Source: Prochlorococcus sp. AG-355-B18 (GTDB lineage Bacteria; Cyanobacteriota; Cyanobacteriia; PCC-6307; Cyanobiaceae). From it: a stretch of 64,000 nt of DNA. Location: NCBI GenBank assembly GCA_003280965.1, contig QCDI01000002.1, forward strand, positions 32,001 to 96,000, written 5' to 3'. This document shows positions 9,747-21,621 of this stretch, one piece after another. The notes beneath the pieces are model-generated. The model was not told the DNA's origin. It ran no database searches and worked only from the letters and a program-made list of their open reading frames with translations. The stretch's first letter is position 1, and each line of letters starts with the position of its first letter. Made by a program: the position numbers and the translations under genes.

Positions 9747-10573
9747 TAGTTCGAAAACAATTCGTTTTTTCTATGTTGAAGGCTTGGCATCTGCTCTCTA
9801 ATTTTCTTTACTCTTTCTTTATCAGCCGGAGCTATCGCAGCACCTTGAGTTTTACCAGCATCAGACAAAACAGTGCCCCATGGATCAATTACCATTGCAT
9901 GGCCATGACTTTGTCTTCTACCATAATGAATCCCAGTTTGAGCTGGAGCAACCACATAGGCAGTATTCTCTATGGCTCTTGCTTGTAAAAGTATTTGCCA
10001 GTGATCTTTCCCAGTAAATGCTGTAAAAGCTGCAGGAATCATAATTAAATCTGCACCATTCGAAGACAAATATCTATAAAGTTCAGGGAATCTAACGTCG
10101 TAACAAATTGATAATCCTACTTTGCATAAACCTGGGACATCTACGACAGGCGGATATTCCTCACCGGATAAAATAGTAGATGATTCCTTATACAAATTTC
10201 CATCTGGCAAATCAACATCAAATAAATGTATTTTGTCGTATTTTGCCAAAATCTGTCCATCTTTGCCAAATAGTGCTGACCTGTTAAAAGTATGAGTATT
10301 GTCACCAGCAGGAACAGGATATCCTCCCCCCAAAAGAAATACTTGATATCTTTGTGACATGGTTTTGAGGAAGTTTGTACACTTTATTGACAATTCAGAA
10401 GCTAATCTAAGTTTTTCATCATCTTCTCCCAAAAACGCAAAATTCTCAGGCAATCCTATTAACTCAGCACCTCTTCTAGAAGCTAATTCGATCTGTTCTT
10501 CAGCTTCAGCAAAATTTGCTTCAACATTTGAAGTACTTGTAATTTGCAACGCTGCTACCAAAAAATCAGTCAA
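9746..10573 (-). CDS. Carbon-nitrogen hydrolase, Nit1-like (probable deaminated glutathione amidase)
   Basis: E-K-C triad: LPENF, YDKIHLFD, ICYDVRFPE; LLQARAIEN. Confidence 0.88.
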   Translation of the reverse strand: MTDFLVAALQITSTSNVEANFAEAEEQIELASRRGAELIGLPENFAFLGEDDEKLRLASELSIKCTNFLKTMSQRYQVFLLGGGYPVPAGDNTHTFNRSALFGKDGQILAKYDKIHLFDVDLPDGNLYKESSTILSGEEYPPVVDVPGLCKVGLSICYDVRFPELYRYLSSNGADLIMIPAAFTAFTGKDHWQILLQARAIENTAYVVAPAQTGIHYGRRQSHGHAMVIDPWGTVLSDAGKTQGAAIAPADKERVKKIREQMPSLQHRKNELFSN

Positions 10574-10603
10574 GAACTTACTCCTAGTGAATCAATTCGT
10601 AAA

Positions 10604-11338
10604 TCATGAGGCACGAATCACACCCCTTTCAACTTGAGCAGGAACGATATCTAAGCAATCAAGCTCAGAACAACATTTAAAATCATCCTCATAATCTCCA
10701 AGACTTGTCAATCTTTTGCCATGGGTCGCTGTTTTTAGACATTTCAAAATATCATTTTTCCAAAAATCCCATAATGCCAAAGCAGCCTGTAATTCGTCAT
10801 TCATAATATTAATTTCAAAATCACAGTTCTTTTCCAAGTAGGACGCCAAAGCACCAGCAGCTAAAGAATCCTCAAGTGAATATGAGCCTTCCCAACCACT
10901 ACCCAGTATTAGAACATTTTCACTTTTTAATGAAATGATTTTTTCGGCTACTGCTTTTCTATTTGGAAGTCCCATAGCAAATAAATGCTTTGCATTTTGA
11001 ACTTTTTGCAATGACTTGGTCCCATTTGTAGTACTCATAAATAGTCTTTTACCATTAACAACTTTTTTTGTAACTGATAAAGGAGAGTTGCCTAAATCAA
11101 AACCTTCGATCTTCTTCCCGCCTCTCTCTCCAAGCATTAGTCTCTCTTCTGCCTTCCACTTAATTGCGGATACTTTCAATAAATCTAGATCTGCAAAAAC
11201 TTGTATTGAGTCGGCGCCATTTTTTAAAGCCCAAGAAATTGTAGTCGTTGCTCTTAAAACATCAATAACAACTGCAATATCAGGATTTATTTCTGGAACA
11301 TCTTTTGCAACGTGATAATAAGTAAGATTAATGATCAA
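10604..11338 (-). CDS. comB: 2-phosphosulfolactate phosphatase family protein
   Basis: VIDVLRATTT, GERGG, FDLGNSP, STTNGT and EDSL.AG motifs. Confidence 0.92.
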   Translation of the reverse strand: MIINLTYYHVAKDVPEINPDIAVVIDVLRATTTISWALKNGADSIQVFADLDLLKVSAIKWKAEERLMLGERGGKKIEGFDLGNSPLSVTKKVVNGKRLFMSTTNGTKSLQKVQNAKHLFAMGLPNRKAVAEKIISLKSENVLILGSGWEGSYSLEDSLAAGALASYLEKNCDFEINIMNDELQAALALWDFWKNDILKCLKTATHGKRLTSLGDYEDDFKCCSELDCLDIVPAQVERGVIRAS

Positions 11339-11458
11339 ATCCTTTTGCTAGATTTATTATAGAAAACAGTTACTTACTTTGAATATTTTTTTTTAAACAC
11401 AAACTTATTGATAAAATATATTTACATTTGAATTTGTAAATTCTTTTCCAGTATTAAT

Positions 11459-12775
11459 TTGAAAATGAATAATATCCGCACAATAAAAGGTGGAGTTAAT
11501 TTAAGAGGAAAAATAAAAGTACCTGGAGATAAATCAATCTCTCATAGAGCTTTGATAATTGGAAGTATTGCTAAGGGTGAAACTACAATTGAGGGGTTTT
11601 TACATTCTGAAGATCCGCTTTCGACTGCTGATTGTCTTAGAAAATTAGGTGTAAACATACCAGAAATAAAAAAAGATGAGCCTTTTAAGATTTCAGGGTT
11701 GGGTCTTGATGGATTAAAAGAGCCTAGAGAAGTTCTGAATTGTGGGAATTCAGGAACCACCATGCGATTATTAATGGGGTTATTAGCCGGTCAAGAAGAT
11801 AAGAATTTTATCTTAACAGGGGATGATTCTCTTAATGGAAGACCAATGGGTAGAGTAGGAAAACCATTATCTTTAATGGGTGGCAAAATTTTTGGTAGAG
11901 AGAAAGGGAACAAAGCTCCGATCTCAATTGATGGGAATAAACTTAAAGGATGTGTTATAGGAACCCCTGTAGCAAGTGCTCAAGTGAAATCCGCAATATT
12001 ATTAGCAGGCCTTAAAGCTTCTGGAACCACTTCTGTTATTGAGCCAGCATCTTCAAGAGATCATACCGAAAGAATGTTAAAAGCATTTGGAGCAGATATA
12101 AGTATCAGAGGAGAATTAGGAAGGAATGTAGTAATAAAGTCAGGGGGTAACTTAATTGGTCAGAGAATATTAATCCCTGGAGACATAAGCTCTGCTTCCT
12201 TTTGGATGATTGCTGCATCTATTGTTCCAAATTCGGAAATTTTAATTCAAAATGTCGGATTAAATCCCACTAGAACAGGGATTTTAAATGTAATGGATTC
12301 CATGGGTTGCGATTATGAAATTTTAGATAAATCGACGATTGCAGGAGAACCTATTGGATCTATTAAAGTAAAGACTGCAGATAATTTAAGATCATTCACT
12401 ATTGAAGGTGATATTCTCCCAAAACTTATAGATGAAATTCCTATCCTTACTGTTGCTGCCTGTTTTTGTGACGGAGTTTCTGAAATTAAGGATGCACAAG
12501 AATTAAGAGTTAAGGAAACAGATCGATTAAAAGTCATGGCAAGACAGTTAAACAAATTCGGTGCTGAAATAATAGAAAAAGAAGATGGGCTAATTATTAA
12601 TGGTCAATCAAAATTTCATTCTGCGGACGTAGACAGTGAGACGGATCATAGAGTAGCAATGAGTCTTGCTATTGCGTCACTTCTGGCCAAAGGTACCTCA
12701 AAAATTAAGAGAGCAGATGCTGCTAGCGTCTCCTATCCCACTTTTTGGGAAGAGCTTGCCAAACTAACTAACTAA
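11459..12775 (+). CDS. aroA: 3-phosphoshikimate 1-carboxyvinyltransferase (EPSP synthase); start may be ATG at 11465
   Basis: [39 protein letters not shown]. Confidence 0.98.
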   Translation: MKMNNIRTIKGGVNLRGKIKVPGDKSISHRALIIGSIAKGETTIEGFLHSEDPLSTADCLRKLGVNIPEIKKDEPFKISGLGLDGLKEPREVLNCGNSGTTMRLLMGLLAGQEDKNFILTGDDSLNGRPMGRVGKPLSLMGGKIFGREKGNKAPISIDGNKLKGCVIGTPVASAQVKSAILLAGLKASGTTSVIEPASSRDHTERMLKAFGADISIRGELGRNVVIKSGGNLIGQRILIPGDISSASFWMIAASIVPNSEILIQNVGLNPTRTGILNVMDSMGCDYEILDKSTIAGEPIGSIKVKTADNLRSFTIEGDILPKLIDEIPILTVAACFCDGVSEIKDAQELRVKETDRLKVMARQLNKFGAEIIEKEDGLIINGQSKFHSADVDSETDHRVAMSLAIASLLAKGTSKIKRADAASVSYPTFWEELAKLTN

Positions 12776-12787
12776 CTTAAAAAGTTT

Positions 12788-13693
12788 TTGTCTGAATTAA
12801 TTGAAGTTTTAACAAAAGATGGGAGTTACTCTTTAAAAAGTGTACTTTTTCAAGAGAATTTCCATAGCTTATTAGGAGCATTGGAGGAAACAAAATTAAA
12901 GTTTACAGCTCCGTCTAATTTGCAAAGATTTAAGGGAAAATCTCTTAATGTTTTGGATATATGTTTTGGTTTAGGATACAATTCCGCTTCTTTATTAAAT
13001 GAATTAATTAAACAAAAATCGTATTTAAATTTGTATGCTTTAGAGATTGATAAAAAGCCTCTTGAATATTCGCTTAGAAATGAATCTTTCCTGAATTTAT
13101 GGGCTCCAAAAGTAAAAACAATATTTAAATCATTGTATCGAAAAGATTACTTCGAAGATCAATTTTTTAAATGTAGTCTTTTATGGGGTGATGCTAGAGA
13201 AAAAATTAACATTATTCCTTCATCTATTAAATTCGATCTAATTTATTTAGATGGTTTTTCTCCTCAAAAATGCCCACAAGTATGGACAATTGAATTTTTA
13301 TCTAAAGTAAAAGAAAAGCTCAATTCTCAAGGGTATCTAATAACTTATTCTTCTTCAGCTGCAGTAAGAAAGACATTAAGAAATCTTGGATTAGAGATTT
13401 TTACTATTAAACCAAGATTTAATAACAGAACTTTTTGGAGTCAGGGAACAGTAGCAATATCAAAATTCGATAAGAATAAATTGAAATCCAATTCCAACTT
13501 TGAAAAGTTATCTTTAATGGAAGAGGAACATCTCTTAACTAAAGCTAGTATTCCATATAGAGATAAAGATTTAAACTCAAGTAAAGACTACATAATTAAG
13601 AATAGATTAGATGAGCAATTATTATCAAATCTATTATCTACAAATAAATGGAGAGAGAAGTGGGGAATGACGAAGTTATCCGTTAAGAGTTAG
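12788..13693 (+). CDS. Stand-alone MnmC2/MnmD-type SAM-dependent tRNA (mnm5U34) methyltransferase
   Basis: T.DGS.SL, F.E.FHS..GA, DICFGLGYN, IYLDGFSP.KCP..W, TYSS...VR motifs. Confidence 0.8.
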   Translation: MSELIEVLTKDGSYSLKSVLFQENFHSLLGALEETKLKFTAPSNLQRFKGKSLNVLDICFGLGYNSASLLNELIKQKSYLNLYALEIDKKPLEYSLRNESFLNLWAPKVKTIFKSLYRKDYFEDQFFKCSLLWGDAREKINIIPSSIKFDLIYLDGFSPQKCPQVWTIEFLSKVKEKLNSQGYLITYSSSAAVRKTLRNLGLEIFTIKPRFNNRTFWSQGTVAISKFDKNKLKSNSNFEKLSLMEEEHLLTKASIPYRDKDLNSSKDYIIKNRLDEQLLSNLLSTNKWREKWGMTKLSVKS

Positions 13694-13718
13694 ATTTAAA
13701 TAAGGATTACAAATAAAC

Positions 13719-15068
13719 ATGTTAAGTGTTGCGATATTAGCGGCAGGCAAGGGCACTAGGATGGAAAGCTCATTGCCAAAAGTTTTACATAAAATTTCTG
13801 GCAAAAGTCTTCTTCAAAGAGTAATTGATTCATGTGCTCAATTAAAACCTGATCAAATTTTTGTAATTACAGGACACAAATCAAAAGAAGTACAAAAGTC
13901 AATCCCAAACGATAAAAAAATCCATGTTGTTATTCAAGAACCTCAATCAGGAACCGGTCATGCTATTCAGATACTTTGTAGACAAGTAAAAAAACATGAA
14001 GGAAAACTTTTGGTATTGAACGGCGATGTGCCACTCATAAGGCCTAGGACTCTAAAAAAACTTTTATGTTTACACGATTCAAAAAATGCTGATGTTTCTT
14101 TAATTACAACAAAGAAAAAGAATCCTCATGGATATGGAAGAGTATTTTTGAAGGAGGACTTTATAGAGAAAATTGTTGAAGAAAAAGATTGCAACGATCT
14201 TGAAAGAGAAAATCCATTAATAAATGCAGGTATTTATTGTTTTAACTGGAATAAATTGTCAGAGATAATTAATAATTTGCAAAGCAATAATATTCAAAAA
14301 GAAATTTACTTAACAGATACAGTATCTTTGCTAAATAATTCCTTAAGCCTAGAGATAGAGGATAATGGAGAGCTTCAAGGAATTAATAACAGAATTCAAT
14401 TATCAGAGTGCGAGGAAATTATTCAGAATTTAATTAAAGAAAAGCATATGCTTAATGGTGTAACTTTTATAAATAAAGCAAGTTGTTCAATTAGTGAAGA
14501 AGCTGAAATTGGTAAGGATGTGATTGTAGAGGCTAATACACATATAAGGGGAAGTACCAAAATAAATAGTTATTGCATTATCGGTCCGAATGCTTTTATT
14601 GAGAATTCTAAGGTGGGATTAAATTGCGAAATTTCAAACTCTACTGTTTATGCTTCTGAGATTATGGATTATATAAAAATTGGCCCTTATAGCCATATAA
14701 GACCTAATTCCAAAATATCTTCCTATAGCAAAATTGGTAATTTTGTTGAAATCAAAAATAGTCAATTAGAGGAAGAAACTAAAGTCAACCATTTAAGTTA
14801 TATTGGCGATTCTATTATTGGAAGATCTACAAATATTGGAGCAGGAACTATTACTGCAAATTTTGATGGTCAGAAAAAACACCAAACAAGAATTGGCAAG
14901 AATTCCAGTATTGGTGCAAATACAGTATTTGTTGCGCCAATAAATCTCGGGGAATCAGTTACAACAGGAGCTGGTTCAGTGATCACCAAAGACTCCAAAA
15001 ATAATTCATTAGCAATTTCAAGAACTAAGCAAGTAAATATAGAAAATTGGAAAAGAAAAAAATCTTGA
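13719..15068 (+). CDS. glmU: Bifunctional UDP-GlcNAc pyrophosphorylase / glucosamine-1-P acetyltransferase
   Basis: [28 protein letters not shown], hexapeptide repeats. Confidence 0.97.
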   Translation: MLSVAILAAGKGTRMESSLPKVLHKISGKSLLQRVIDSCAQLKPDQIFVITGHKSKEVQKSIPNDKKIHVVIQEPQSGTGHAIQILCRQVKKHEGKLLVLNGDVPLIRPRTLKKLLCLHDSKNADVSLITTKKKNPHGYGRVFLKEDFIEKIVEEKDCNDLERENPLINAGIYCFNWNKLSEIINNLQSNNIQKEIYLTDTVSLLNNSLSLEIEDNGELQGINNRIQLSECEEIIQNLIKEKHMLNGVTFINKASCSISEEAEIGKDVIVEANTHIRGSTKINSYCIIGPNAFIENSKVGLNCEISNSTVYASEIMDYIKIGPYSHIRPNSKISSYSKIGNFVEIKNSQLEEETKVNHLSYIGDSIIGRSTNIGAGTITANFDGQKKHQTRIGKNSSIGANTVFVAPINLGESVTTGAGSVITKDSKNNSLAISRTKQVNIENWKRKKS

Positions 15069-15069
15069 T

Positions 15070-16443
15070 CTAATTAATTAATTCAATAATTTTTTCAAGC
15101 TGCCAACATCTGCTACCTTTTATAAGTATAGAATCGCCTTGTTTTGTAGAATTGTTTATCTCTTTAGGTACATCATTAATATTATTCAAAACTAAAAATT
15201 TATTCTTATCTTTTAGATAATTACTGTAATTTTTTTCATTTTTTTTATCGCAAATAAATAAACATTTTTCTATTTCTGAATTATTTATTAAGTTGAATAT
15301 TTCTATATGATATTTTTCAGATTCTTCTCCCAATTCTTGCATACTTCCAAATATGAAAAATTTATTTCTCGGTTTTTCAAGAAGACTTTTAATACATGCT
15401 TTTACTGACTCTGGCGAAGCATTATATGATTCATCATATATTGTTGTTTTGATTGATTTAAGAATTTTATTCCTTCCACCTAAACTTACAAAATCAAATT
15501 TATTAAAGCTGGCAAAATCAATGCCAAACTCTTTAGCAACTGCATAAGCAAATAAGAAATTCGAAGCATTGTGAAATCCCTCAAATGAAATTTGAAAGGT
15601 ATTTTCTTCAATTAAAATTGTTTTATTCGAAGGATTATAAAATCCTCGCAAATTATCGTCTTTCTTAAAGCTCTCCTTTTGACTTTCTCCATCTAATAAT
15701 TCTACTTTCATTACTCTACCTTTCCAGTATCCTTTTAAGGTTTCCTCTAAAGAATTATCATTTGCTGGAATTATTACAACTCCTTTAGGATTTAAAAACT
15801 TACTAATTTCACACTTTGCACAAGTAATATTTTTTTTCGAGCCTAACAATCCAATATGTGCTGTTCCAATATTAGTAATAACTGCAATATCGGGTTTACT
15901 ATATTTAGACAAATTTTCGATCTGTCCAAGGCCTCTCATGCCCATCTCAAGTACCAAAACTTTATCTTCTACATCTGTGTCAAGAATACTAAGACCAACC
16001 CCAATCTCATTATTGAAATTTGCATGGGATAGTTTAACTTTTCCAAGTTTTTTTAAAACTTCACCAATCATTTCTTTAGTTGTTGTTTTACCCACTGAAC
16101 CAGTTATTGCAACCAATGGTATATTTAATTTTTTTCTTTTAAGAAGAGTTAATTTTTGAAATGCCTCTAATGTATCATTTACAACCCAATAAGGAAAATC
16201 ACTGGGAAGTAATTTCTGCATACCTTCTTTAATTACAACTGCTTTAACTTCTTTCTTTAAAACCTCTGGCAAAAAATTATGCGCGTCAAAATTTTTACCC
16301 TTTATAGCTATAAAGAGATCATTTTTTAATAAAGTTCTACTATCAATACTTATATTTTTAAATTTAAAAAAATTTATTTTTTCCCCTCCAGGATTTTTAA
16401 TATCACCCAATACGTCGTTTAATTCTGATAAAGAAAAATCCAT
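15070..16443 (-). CDS. murF: UDP-MurNAc-tripeptide--D-Ala-D-Ala ligase
   Basis: ITGSVGKTTTK, NFNNEIG, LEMGM, DESYNASP, KGSR. Confidence 0.95.
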   Translation of the reverse strand: MDFSLSELNDVLGDIKNPGGEKINFFKFKNISIDSRTLLKNDLFIAIKGKNFDAHNFLPEVLKKEVKAVVIKEGMQKLLPSDFPYWVVNDTLEAFQKLTLLKRKKLNIPLVAITGSVGKTTTKEMIGEVLKKLGKVKLSHANFNNEIGVGLSILDTDVEDKVLVLEMGMRGLGQIENLSKYSKPDIAVITNIGTAHIGLLGSKKNITCAKCEISKFLNPKGVVIIPANDNSLEETLKGYWKGRVMKVELLDGESQKESFKKDDNLRGFYNPSNKTILIEENTFQISFEGFHNASNFLFAYAVAKEFGIDFASFNKFDFVSLGGRNKILKSIKTTIYDESYNASPESVKACIKSLLEKPRNKFFIFGSMQELGEESEKYHIEIFNLINNSEIEKCLFICDKKNEKNYSNYLKDKNKFLVLNNINDVPKEINNSTKQGDSILIKGSRCWQLEKIIELIN

Positions 16444-16455
16444 TAATATGTTAAG

Positions 16456-17907
16456 TCATACTTTTTTTAAAGATGGATCAGCAGATTGACCATAAGAGAA
16501 CTTTTCAACTTCAGCAACATCTGGAGATGGCTCCTTTATTCCGCAAACATCTTTATACATAATTTCGTATTCGAGAGCTGATCTTTGCCAACTGAACTCT
16601 TGGCTCATGGCTCTTTTTTGCAGTGATTCCCAGCTATCTTTATGCCTAAATGCCTCCCAAGATCTTACTAATGAAGTATAGAAATCTATAGGCTCAAAAC
16701 GATCAAAGCAAAAACCCGTACCACTATTGTTTTCTGGGTCATGAGGTAAAACTGTGTCAACCAAGCCTCCAACTCTTCTTACAATTGGAATTGAGCCATA
16801 TCTCATAGCAAGAAGTTGACTAATGCCACAAGGTTCGAATCTACTTGGCATTAAAAATGCATCGGAGCCACCATATATAAGCCTTGATAAAGAATCATCA
16901 TAAGTAAGAAATACTGAAAATCTGCCCGGGTAATCTAACGCTAATTGCCATAATCCTGATTCTAAATATCTATCACCCGTCCCTAAAACAGCTATTTGCG
17001 AATCTGTATATGCTAAAAGTCTTCTTGAAACTTGTAGAAGTAAATCAACTCCTTTCTGATCAACCAATCTACTAACCATACCTAAAAGATATTTTTTAGG
17101 GTTAACTTCAAGGCCCATTTCTCTCTGAAGTATTTTCTTATTTTCACTCCTCTTTTCTAAATTTTTAATACTAAATTTTGCTGGAAGAACTGGATCTTTT
17201 GCTGGATTCCATTCATCTAGATCTATACCATTAAGAATCCCTCGTAATTTACCTGATATGTAATTAAGTAATCCTTCAAGGCTTTCCCCATATTCATGAG
17301 TTTTAATTTCATAAGCATAAGTGGGAGAAACAGCATTTACCCTATCTGCGTATAACATAGCCGCTGCCATTGTGTGGTCTCCGTGCATATACCAAGGACA
17401 CCAAGTCATTTTTTCTAGTTTCCATCTCCAGGGTCCTTGGTATTTTAAATTATGGATTGTAAAAACAGTGCTAATTTCGGGGTCTTGATGCATCCACACA
17501 GGAATCATTCCAGTGTGCCAATCATGGCAATGGAGAACTTGAGGCTTCCAACAATTCCAGGCAAATTCTGCAGTTGCACTAGCAAAAAATGTAAAGCGCC
17601 AGTCTTCATTTTCACCTCCGTATATTTGGTCAGAGTCAAATGTTGGATGCCCAACTAGGTAAATTACATAATTATGAATGGGATGTTTTGCTTCATATAC
17701 GGCGAAATCAGTGCCCATTGTATTTGCACTAAAGACTGGTTCATTAGATACCTCTAGAAGACTCCACAATTTCCCATACCCTGGAATTATTACCCTTACA
17801 TCGTGACCAAGTTTTATCAAAGATGGAGGTAAAGAACCAACTACATCTCCCATACCTCCAACTTTGATCATTGGAGCACATTCAGCAGCGGCAAGAAGAA
17901 TTCTCAT
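16456..17907 (-). CDS. glgA: Glycogen synthase
   Basis: [23 protein letters not shown]. Confidence 0.97.
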   Translation of the reverse strand: MRILLAAAECAPMIKVGGMGDVVGSLPPSLIKLGHDVRVIIPGYGKLWSLLEVSNEPVFSANTMGTDFAVYEAKHPIHNYVIYLVGHPTFDSDQIYGGENEDWRFTFFASATAEFAWNCWKPQVLHCHDWHTGMIPVWMHQDPEISTVFTIHNLKYQGPWRWKLEKMTWCPWYMHGDHTMAAAMLYADRVNAVSPTYAYEIKTHEYGESLEGLLNYISGKLRGILNGIDLDEWNPAKDPVLPAKFSIKNLEKRSENKKILQREMGLEVNPKKYLLGMVSRLVDQKGVDLLLQVSRRLLAYTDSQIAVLGTGDRYLESGLWQLALDYPGRFSVFLTYDDSLSRLIYGGSDAFLMPSRFEPCGISQLLAMRYGSIPIVRRVGGLVDTVLPHDPENNSGTGFCFDRFEPIDFYTSLVRSWEAFRHKDSWESLQKRAMSQEFSWQRSALEYEIMYKDVCGIKEPSPDVAEVEKFSYGQSADPSLKKV

Positions 17908-17943
17908 TGATAATTATTTAAAAAGTTCTTTTGAAGAAATAAA

Positions 17944-18801
17944 CTATGGTGTCCATTTGTAGTCAGAAAAATCTGGTGGACGCTTTTCAAGAAAGGCATC
18001 TCTACCTTCTTGAGCTTCTTTAGTCGAATAAAATAATTGAGTTGCGTATCCAGATAACTCTTGAATACCTGCAATTCCATCATTCTCGGCATTGAATGAA
18101 GCTTTAAGAATACGAATAGCAGTTGGACTATTTCGTAAAATCTCTCTTGCCCAGATTACACCCTCAGCTTCTAATTCTTCAATCTTTGTTATTGCATTTA
18201 TCAAGCCCATCTCAAGAGCTTCCTTGGAATTATATTTTCTACATAGGAACCAAATTTCTTTTGCTTTTCTTTGACCAACAAGTCTTGCTAAATAACTAGA
18301 TCCAAATCCCGCATCAAAACTACCAACTCTTGGACCTGTTTGACCAAATATTGCATTTTCAGAGGCGATACTGAGATCACAAATTAAATGAAGTACCTGA
18401 CCTCCTCCAATAGCAAAACCAGGAATTAAGGCAATAACCACTTTAGGCAAACTTCTTATTAATCTTTGAAGTTCAAGTACATTTAATCTCTGCTTCCCTT
18501 TATCATTTTTATATCCATTTTCACCTCTTACACTCTGATCGCCTCCAGAGCAAAAAGAATAAATACCTTTCTTGTCAGGTCCCGCACCTGTAAACAGAAC
18601 TACTCCAATAGTTTCATCATTTCTTACGATATTAAATGCCTTAATTAGTTCATCTACAGTTTGAGGTCTAAATGCATTTCTTTTTTCAGGCCGATTAATT
18701 GCAATTCTCGCAATTCCCTCATCTGATTTGTGAAACAATATATCCTCATAAGATTTGCATTCTGACCAATTTAAAGTTGTTTTACCAGGTAATACTTTCA
18801 T
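17944..18801 (-). CDS. menB: 1,4-dihydroxy-2-naphthoyl-CoA synthase
   Basis: [26 protein letters not shown]. Confidence 0.97.
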   Translation of the reverse strand: MKVLPGKTTLNWSECKSYEDILFHKSDEGIARIAINRPEKRNAFRPQTVDELIKAFNIVRNDETIGVVLFTGAGPDKKGIYSFCSGGDQSVRGENGYKNDKGKQRLNVLELQRLIRSLPKVVIALIPGFAIGGGQVLHLICDLSIASENAIFGQTGPRVGSFDAGFGSSYLARLVGQRKAKEIWFLCRKYNSKEALEMGLINAITKIEELEAEGVIWAREILRNSPTAIRILKASFNAENDGIAGIQELSGYATQLFYSTKEAQEGRDAFLEKRPPDFSDYKWTP

Positions 18802-18836
18802 GAAACCTAATTATTCAAAAATAGAAAATGATAAAT

Positions 18837-20600
18837 TTAACTGCTAATTATTTTTTCTAGCAGAGCATTTTTTTCACAAATTTCATTTTCTGGATCAATA
18901 TCAACTTTAATTATTACAGATTTCTGGATGGAAATGCTCCAATCGAATGCCTCTCGTAATTTTTTAAAATTTGCCACACTTTTAAATTTTACTTGATAAG
19001 CCTCTGCGAGTTTTGGCCAGTTTATTTCTTTTGGCATAAGAAAAAGTTTTTTTAATTCATCTTCTTTTAAATTTTCTTTATAAATACGATTAAATATATT
19101 TCCGCCATAATTATTTATCAGAAGAATTGTTAAATTCATGTCGATTGAATTTTCAATCAGCCAACCGTTTATATCATGAATAAAAGCTAAATCTCCAGTC
19201 ACAAGAAGTAGAGGATTTTTAATTCTCGAAATACCTAATGCAAGAGATAAAGTACCGTCTATGCCGGAAGCTCCTCTAAAACTGAAACAATTTCTTGTTA
19301 AAGTATTATTCTCAGAAAATGTAAGCCAATCTCTAATCGGGCTGCTCGCGGAGAGCATTATAGGATTTTCAGCTGGCCAAAGTTTTGGAACAAGATTTGC
19401 AAGCATATACTCAGTAATTTGATTATCTTGTGTAATTTTCTCTTTTAAAATTCCTTTAATCTGCTCGCCTTGCTCTATTAGATCTAGCGCCATCGGAGTA
19501 AGAGACTTTTTATTTTTTTCGTTAATTGATAATTCTTTTAACAATAAAGTAGTAAAATTTGATAACCCAAAATCATATTCAAATGATTTTTTTATAGGGT
19601 CCAATTTTCTATAGTTTTTTTCTTTTATAAGAATTTGTATCCCTTCAAAGTTTATTAAAAACTTCTCCAAATCAATTGAGGATGACATAGGGCCAAGCCT
19701 CAAAAGTTGATGACAATTTATTGAATTTTGATTTTTTCTTAAGACTAATTCCCAATTTACAACTAATCCTCTCAAATCAGAATAAACTCCTGAAACAGGA
19801 TCAGCGAATACCGGCCAACCAGTAATTTCTTGTAATTGTTCTAAAGATTTGTTGAAAGAAGATAAGTCATTTATAGAACCTTGATAGGGACCTACCAAAA
19901 TAATGCCAGATTCATCTAAATTTAAAATTTTTGAAATTTCTAAGAATTTGTTTTTATTAGACTTTATTTCAACTTCCTGAAATATATATTTTTTATTTAA
20001 ATAAATTCTCTCAAAAACCTCTAAAACATTTTTTTTATTCAAAAATGAAATACCTAAAGGCTTATCAATAGGAATATTTAAATGAATAGGACCAGGGAAG
20101 GTTGATATTTGTTTCTCAGTAATTCGAACTAAATTCAAGATTTCATTTTCTTGTGTTTCATGAAGTCCATTTAGATTTGTACTTAAAACCCTTCTGCAGA
20201 CTGAACTCAAAAAATCTTCCTGATTTACTGTTTGATTAGCGCCACAATCTTTTAATCTTAAGGGTCTATCAGCAGTAAGAAATATAATATTTTTACAAGA
20301 TCGGTCTGCCTCAACTGCTGCTGGCAATAAGTTACTTACGGCAGTCCCAGAAGTAGTAATAACTAAAGAAAGATCACCTGATGCAGCAGAAATCCCAAGA
20401 GAGTGGAATCCCGCAGATCTCTCATCTATTGAATTAAAAATGTTTATCAGTCCTAATTTATTTAATTCTCCAGCAGCTATTGCTAAAGGTGCTGATCTAC
20501 TGCCAGGACATAGTATTAAATTTTGAACTCCTATTTTTATAAGAAGATTCAAAAGTTGTAAACTTCTAAGAAAATTTTTGCATTCAATAGATGATGTCAT
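18837..20600 (-). CDS. menD: SEPHCHC synthase
   Basis: [38 protein letters not shown] (TPP motif). Confidence 0.95.
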   Translation of the reverse strand: MTSSIECKNFLRSLQLLNLLIKIGVQNLILCPGSRSAPLAIAAGELNKLGLINIFNSIDERSAGFHSLGISAASGDLSLVITTSGTAVSNLLPAAVEADRSCKNIIFLTADRPLRLKDCGANQTVNQEDFLSSVCRRVLSTNLNGLHETQENEILNLVRITEKQISTFPGPIHLNIPIDKPLGISFLNKKNVLEVFERIYLNKKYIFQEVEIKSNKNKFLEISKILNLDESGIILVGPYQGSINDLSSFNKSLEQLQEITGWPVFADPVSGVYSDLRGLVVNWELVLRKNQNSINCHQLLRLGPMSSSIDLEKFLINFEGIQILIKEKNYRKLDPIKKSFEYDFGLSNFTTLLLKELSINEKNKKSLTPMALDLIEQGEQIKGILKEKITQDNQITEYMLANLVPKLWPAENPIMLSASSPIRDWLTFSENNTLTRNCFSFRGASGIDGTLSLALGISRIKNPLLLVTGDLAFIHDINGWLIENSIDMNLTILLINNYGGNIFNRIYKENLKEDELKKLFLMPKEINWPKLAEAYQVKFKSVANFKKLREAFDWSISIQKSVIIKVDIDPENEICEKNALLEKIISS

Positions 20601-20649
20601 AATTTATGTAAATGCTTTGCGATTTCCTAATAACAGAATTAAATAAAAC

Positions 20650-21234
20650 ATGTCTACAACTCAAGAAAAAAGAAATTTAATACTAAAGGATTTAAAAAAT
20701 CTTTTAATCTGGATATCTATAGCTCTAATTATACGATGGCAGGTAGTAGAGCCTAGATGGATCCCATCCGGTTCAATGCTTCCAACTCTTCAAATACAAG
20801 ATAAAATTCTCGTTGAGAAAGTAACCCCCAAAATCACATCCAAATCAAATCTTTCAAAATTAAAGAATAAAATAGTTGTTTTTAATGTTCCGGAACAATT
20901 AATTAATGCTGGTTATGAAGCAGATACTGCACTAATAAAAAGAGTAATTGGAATACCTGGAGACAAGGTAGAAGTAAGAGAGGGTAACCTTTACTTAAAT
21001 GATATCGCTCAAAATAATTACGTTTTTGACAAAAATATTAATTATTCTATAGGGCCTTTTATTGTCCCAGAAGAGTCATTATGGGTGATGGGAGATAACA
21101 GAAATAACAGTATGGACTCACATATTTGGGGATTTTTACCCTATGAAAAGGTTATTGGCAAAGCTATTTTTAGATATTGGCCGTTTAATAAAATTGGACC
21201 TATTCGGTTCCCTGCCCTTAATAATTTAGATTAA
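20650..21234 (+). CDS. lepB: Signal peptidase I
   Basis: IPSGSMLPTL (Ser), IKRVIG (Lys), GDNRNNS.DS. Confidence 0.96.
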   Translation: MSTTQEKRNLILKDLKNLLIWISIALIIRWQVVEPRWIPSGSMLPTLQIQDKILVEKVTPKITSKSNLSKLKNKIVVFNVPEQLINAGYEADTALIKRVIGIPGDKVEVREGNLYLNDIAQNNYVFDKNINYSIGPFIVPEESLWVMGDNRNNSMDSHIWGFLPYEKVIGKAIFRYWPFNKIGPIRFPALNNLD

Positions 21235-21279
21235 TGGGTACTTAATGTTGTAAGGTTTTTATATCTTGAAGTTGTAGAA

Positions 21280-21615
21280 ATGTTTAATCCAGAATTTCTT
21301 GCTACTGAAAATAATGATCCAAACGATGAGAATGATTTAATTCAATATTTACAAAAACAATCTCCTGAAGTTTTACAAAGAGTCGCAAAGTCAGCTAGTG
21401 AAGATATTCAAGAAATTATTAGACATAATGTTCAAGGTCTTCTTGGAATGCTTCCTTCAGATCAATTTGATGTAAAAATAACATCTTCAAAAGACAACAT
21501 TGCTAATTTATTATCATCTGCAATGATGACAGGATATTTCTTAAGACAAATGGAGCAAAGAAAAGAGCTGGAACAAACTCTTAAAAATGATGAAAATATG
21601 TCTATTGAAGAATAA
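21280..21615 (+). CDS. DUF760-family protein
   Basis: N.L..YLQ...PE, GLLG.LP...F.V.I, LL.SAMMTGYFLR..E.R..LE pattern. Confidence 0.85.
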   Translation: MFNPEFLATENNDPNDENDLIQYLQKQSPEVLQRVAKSASEDIQEIIRHNVQGLLGMLPSDQFDVKITSSKDNIANLLSSAMMTGYFLRQMEQRKELEQTLKNDENMSIEE

Positions 21616-21621
21616 AAGTTT

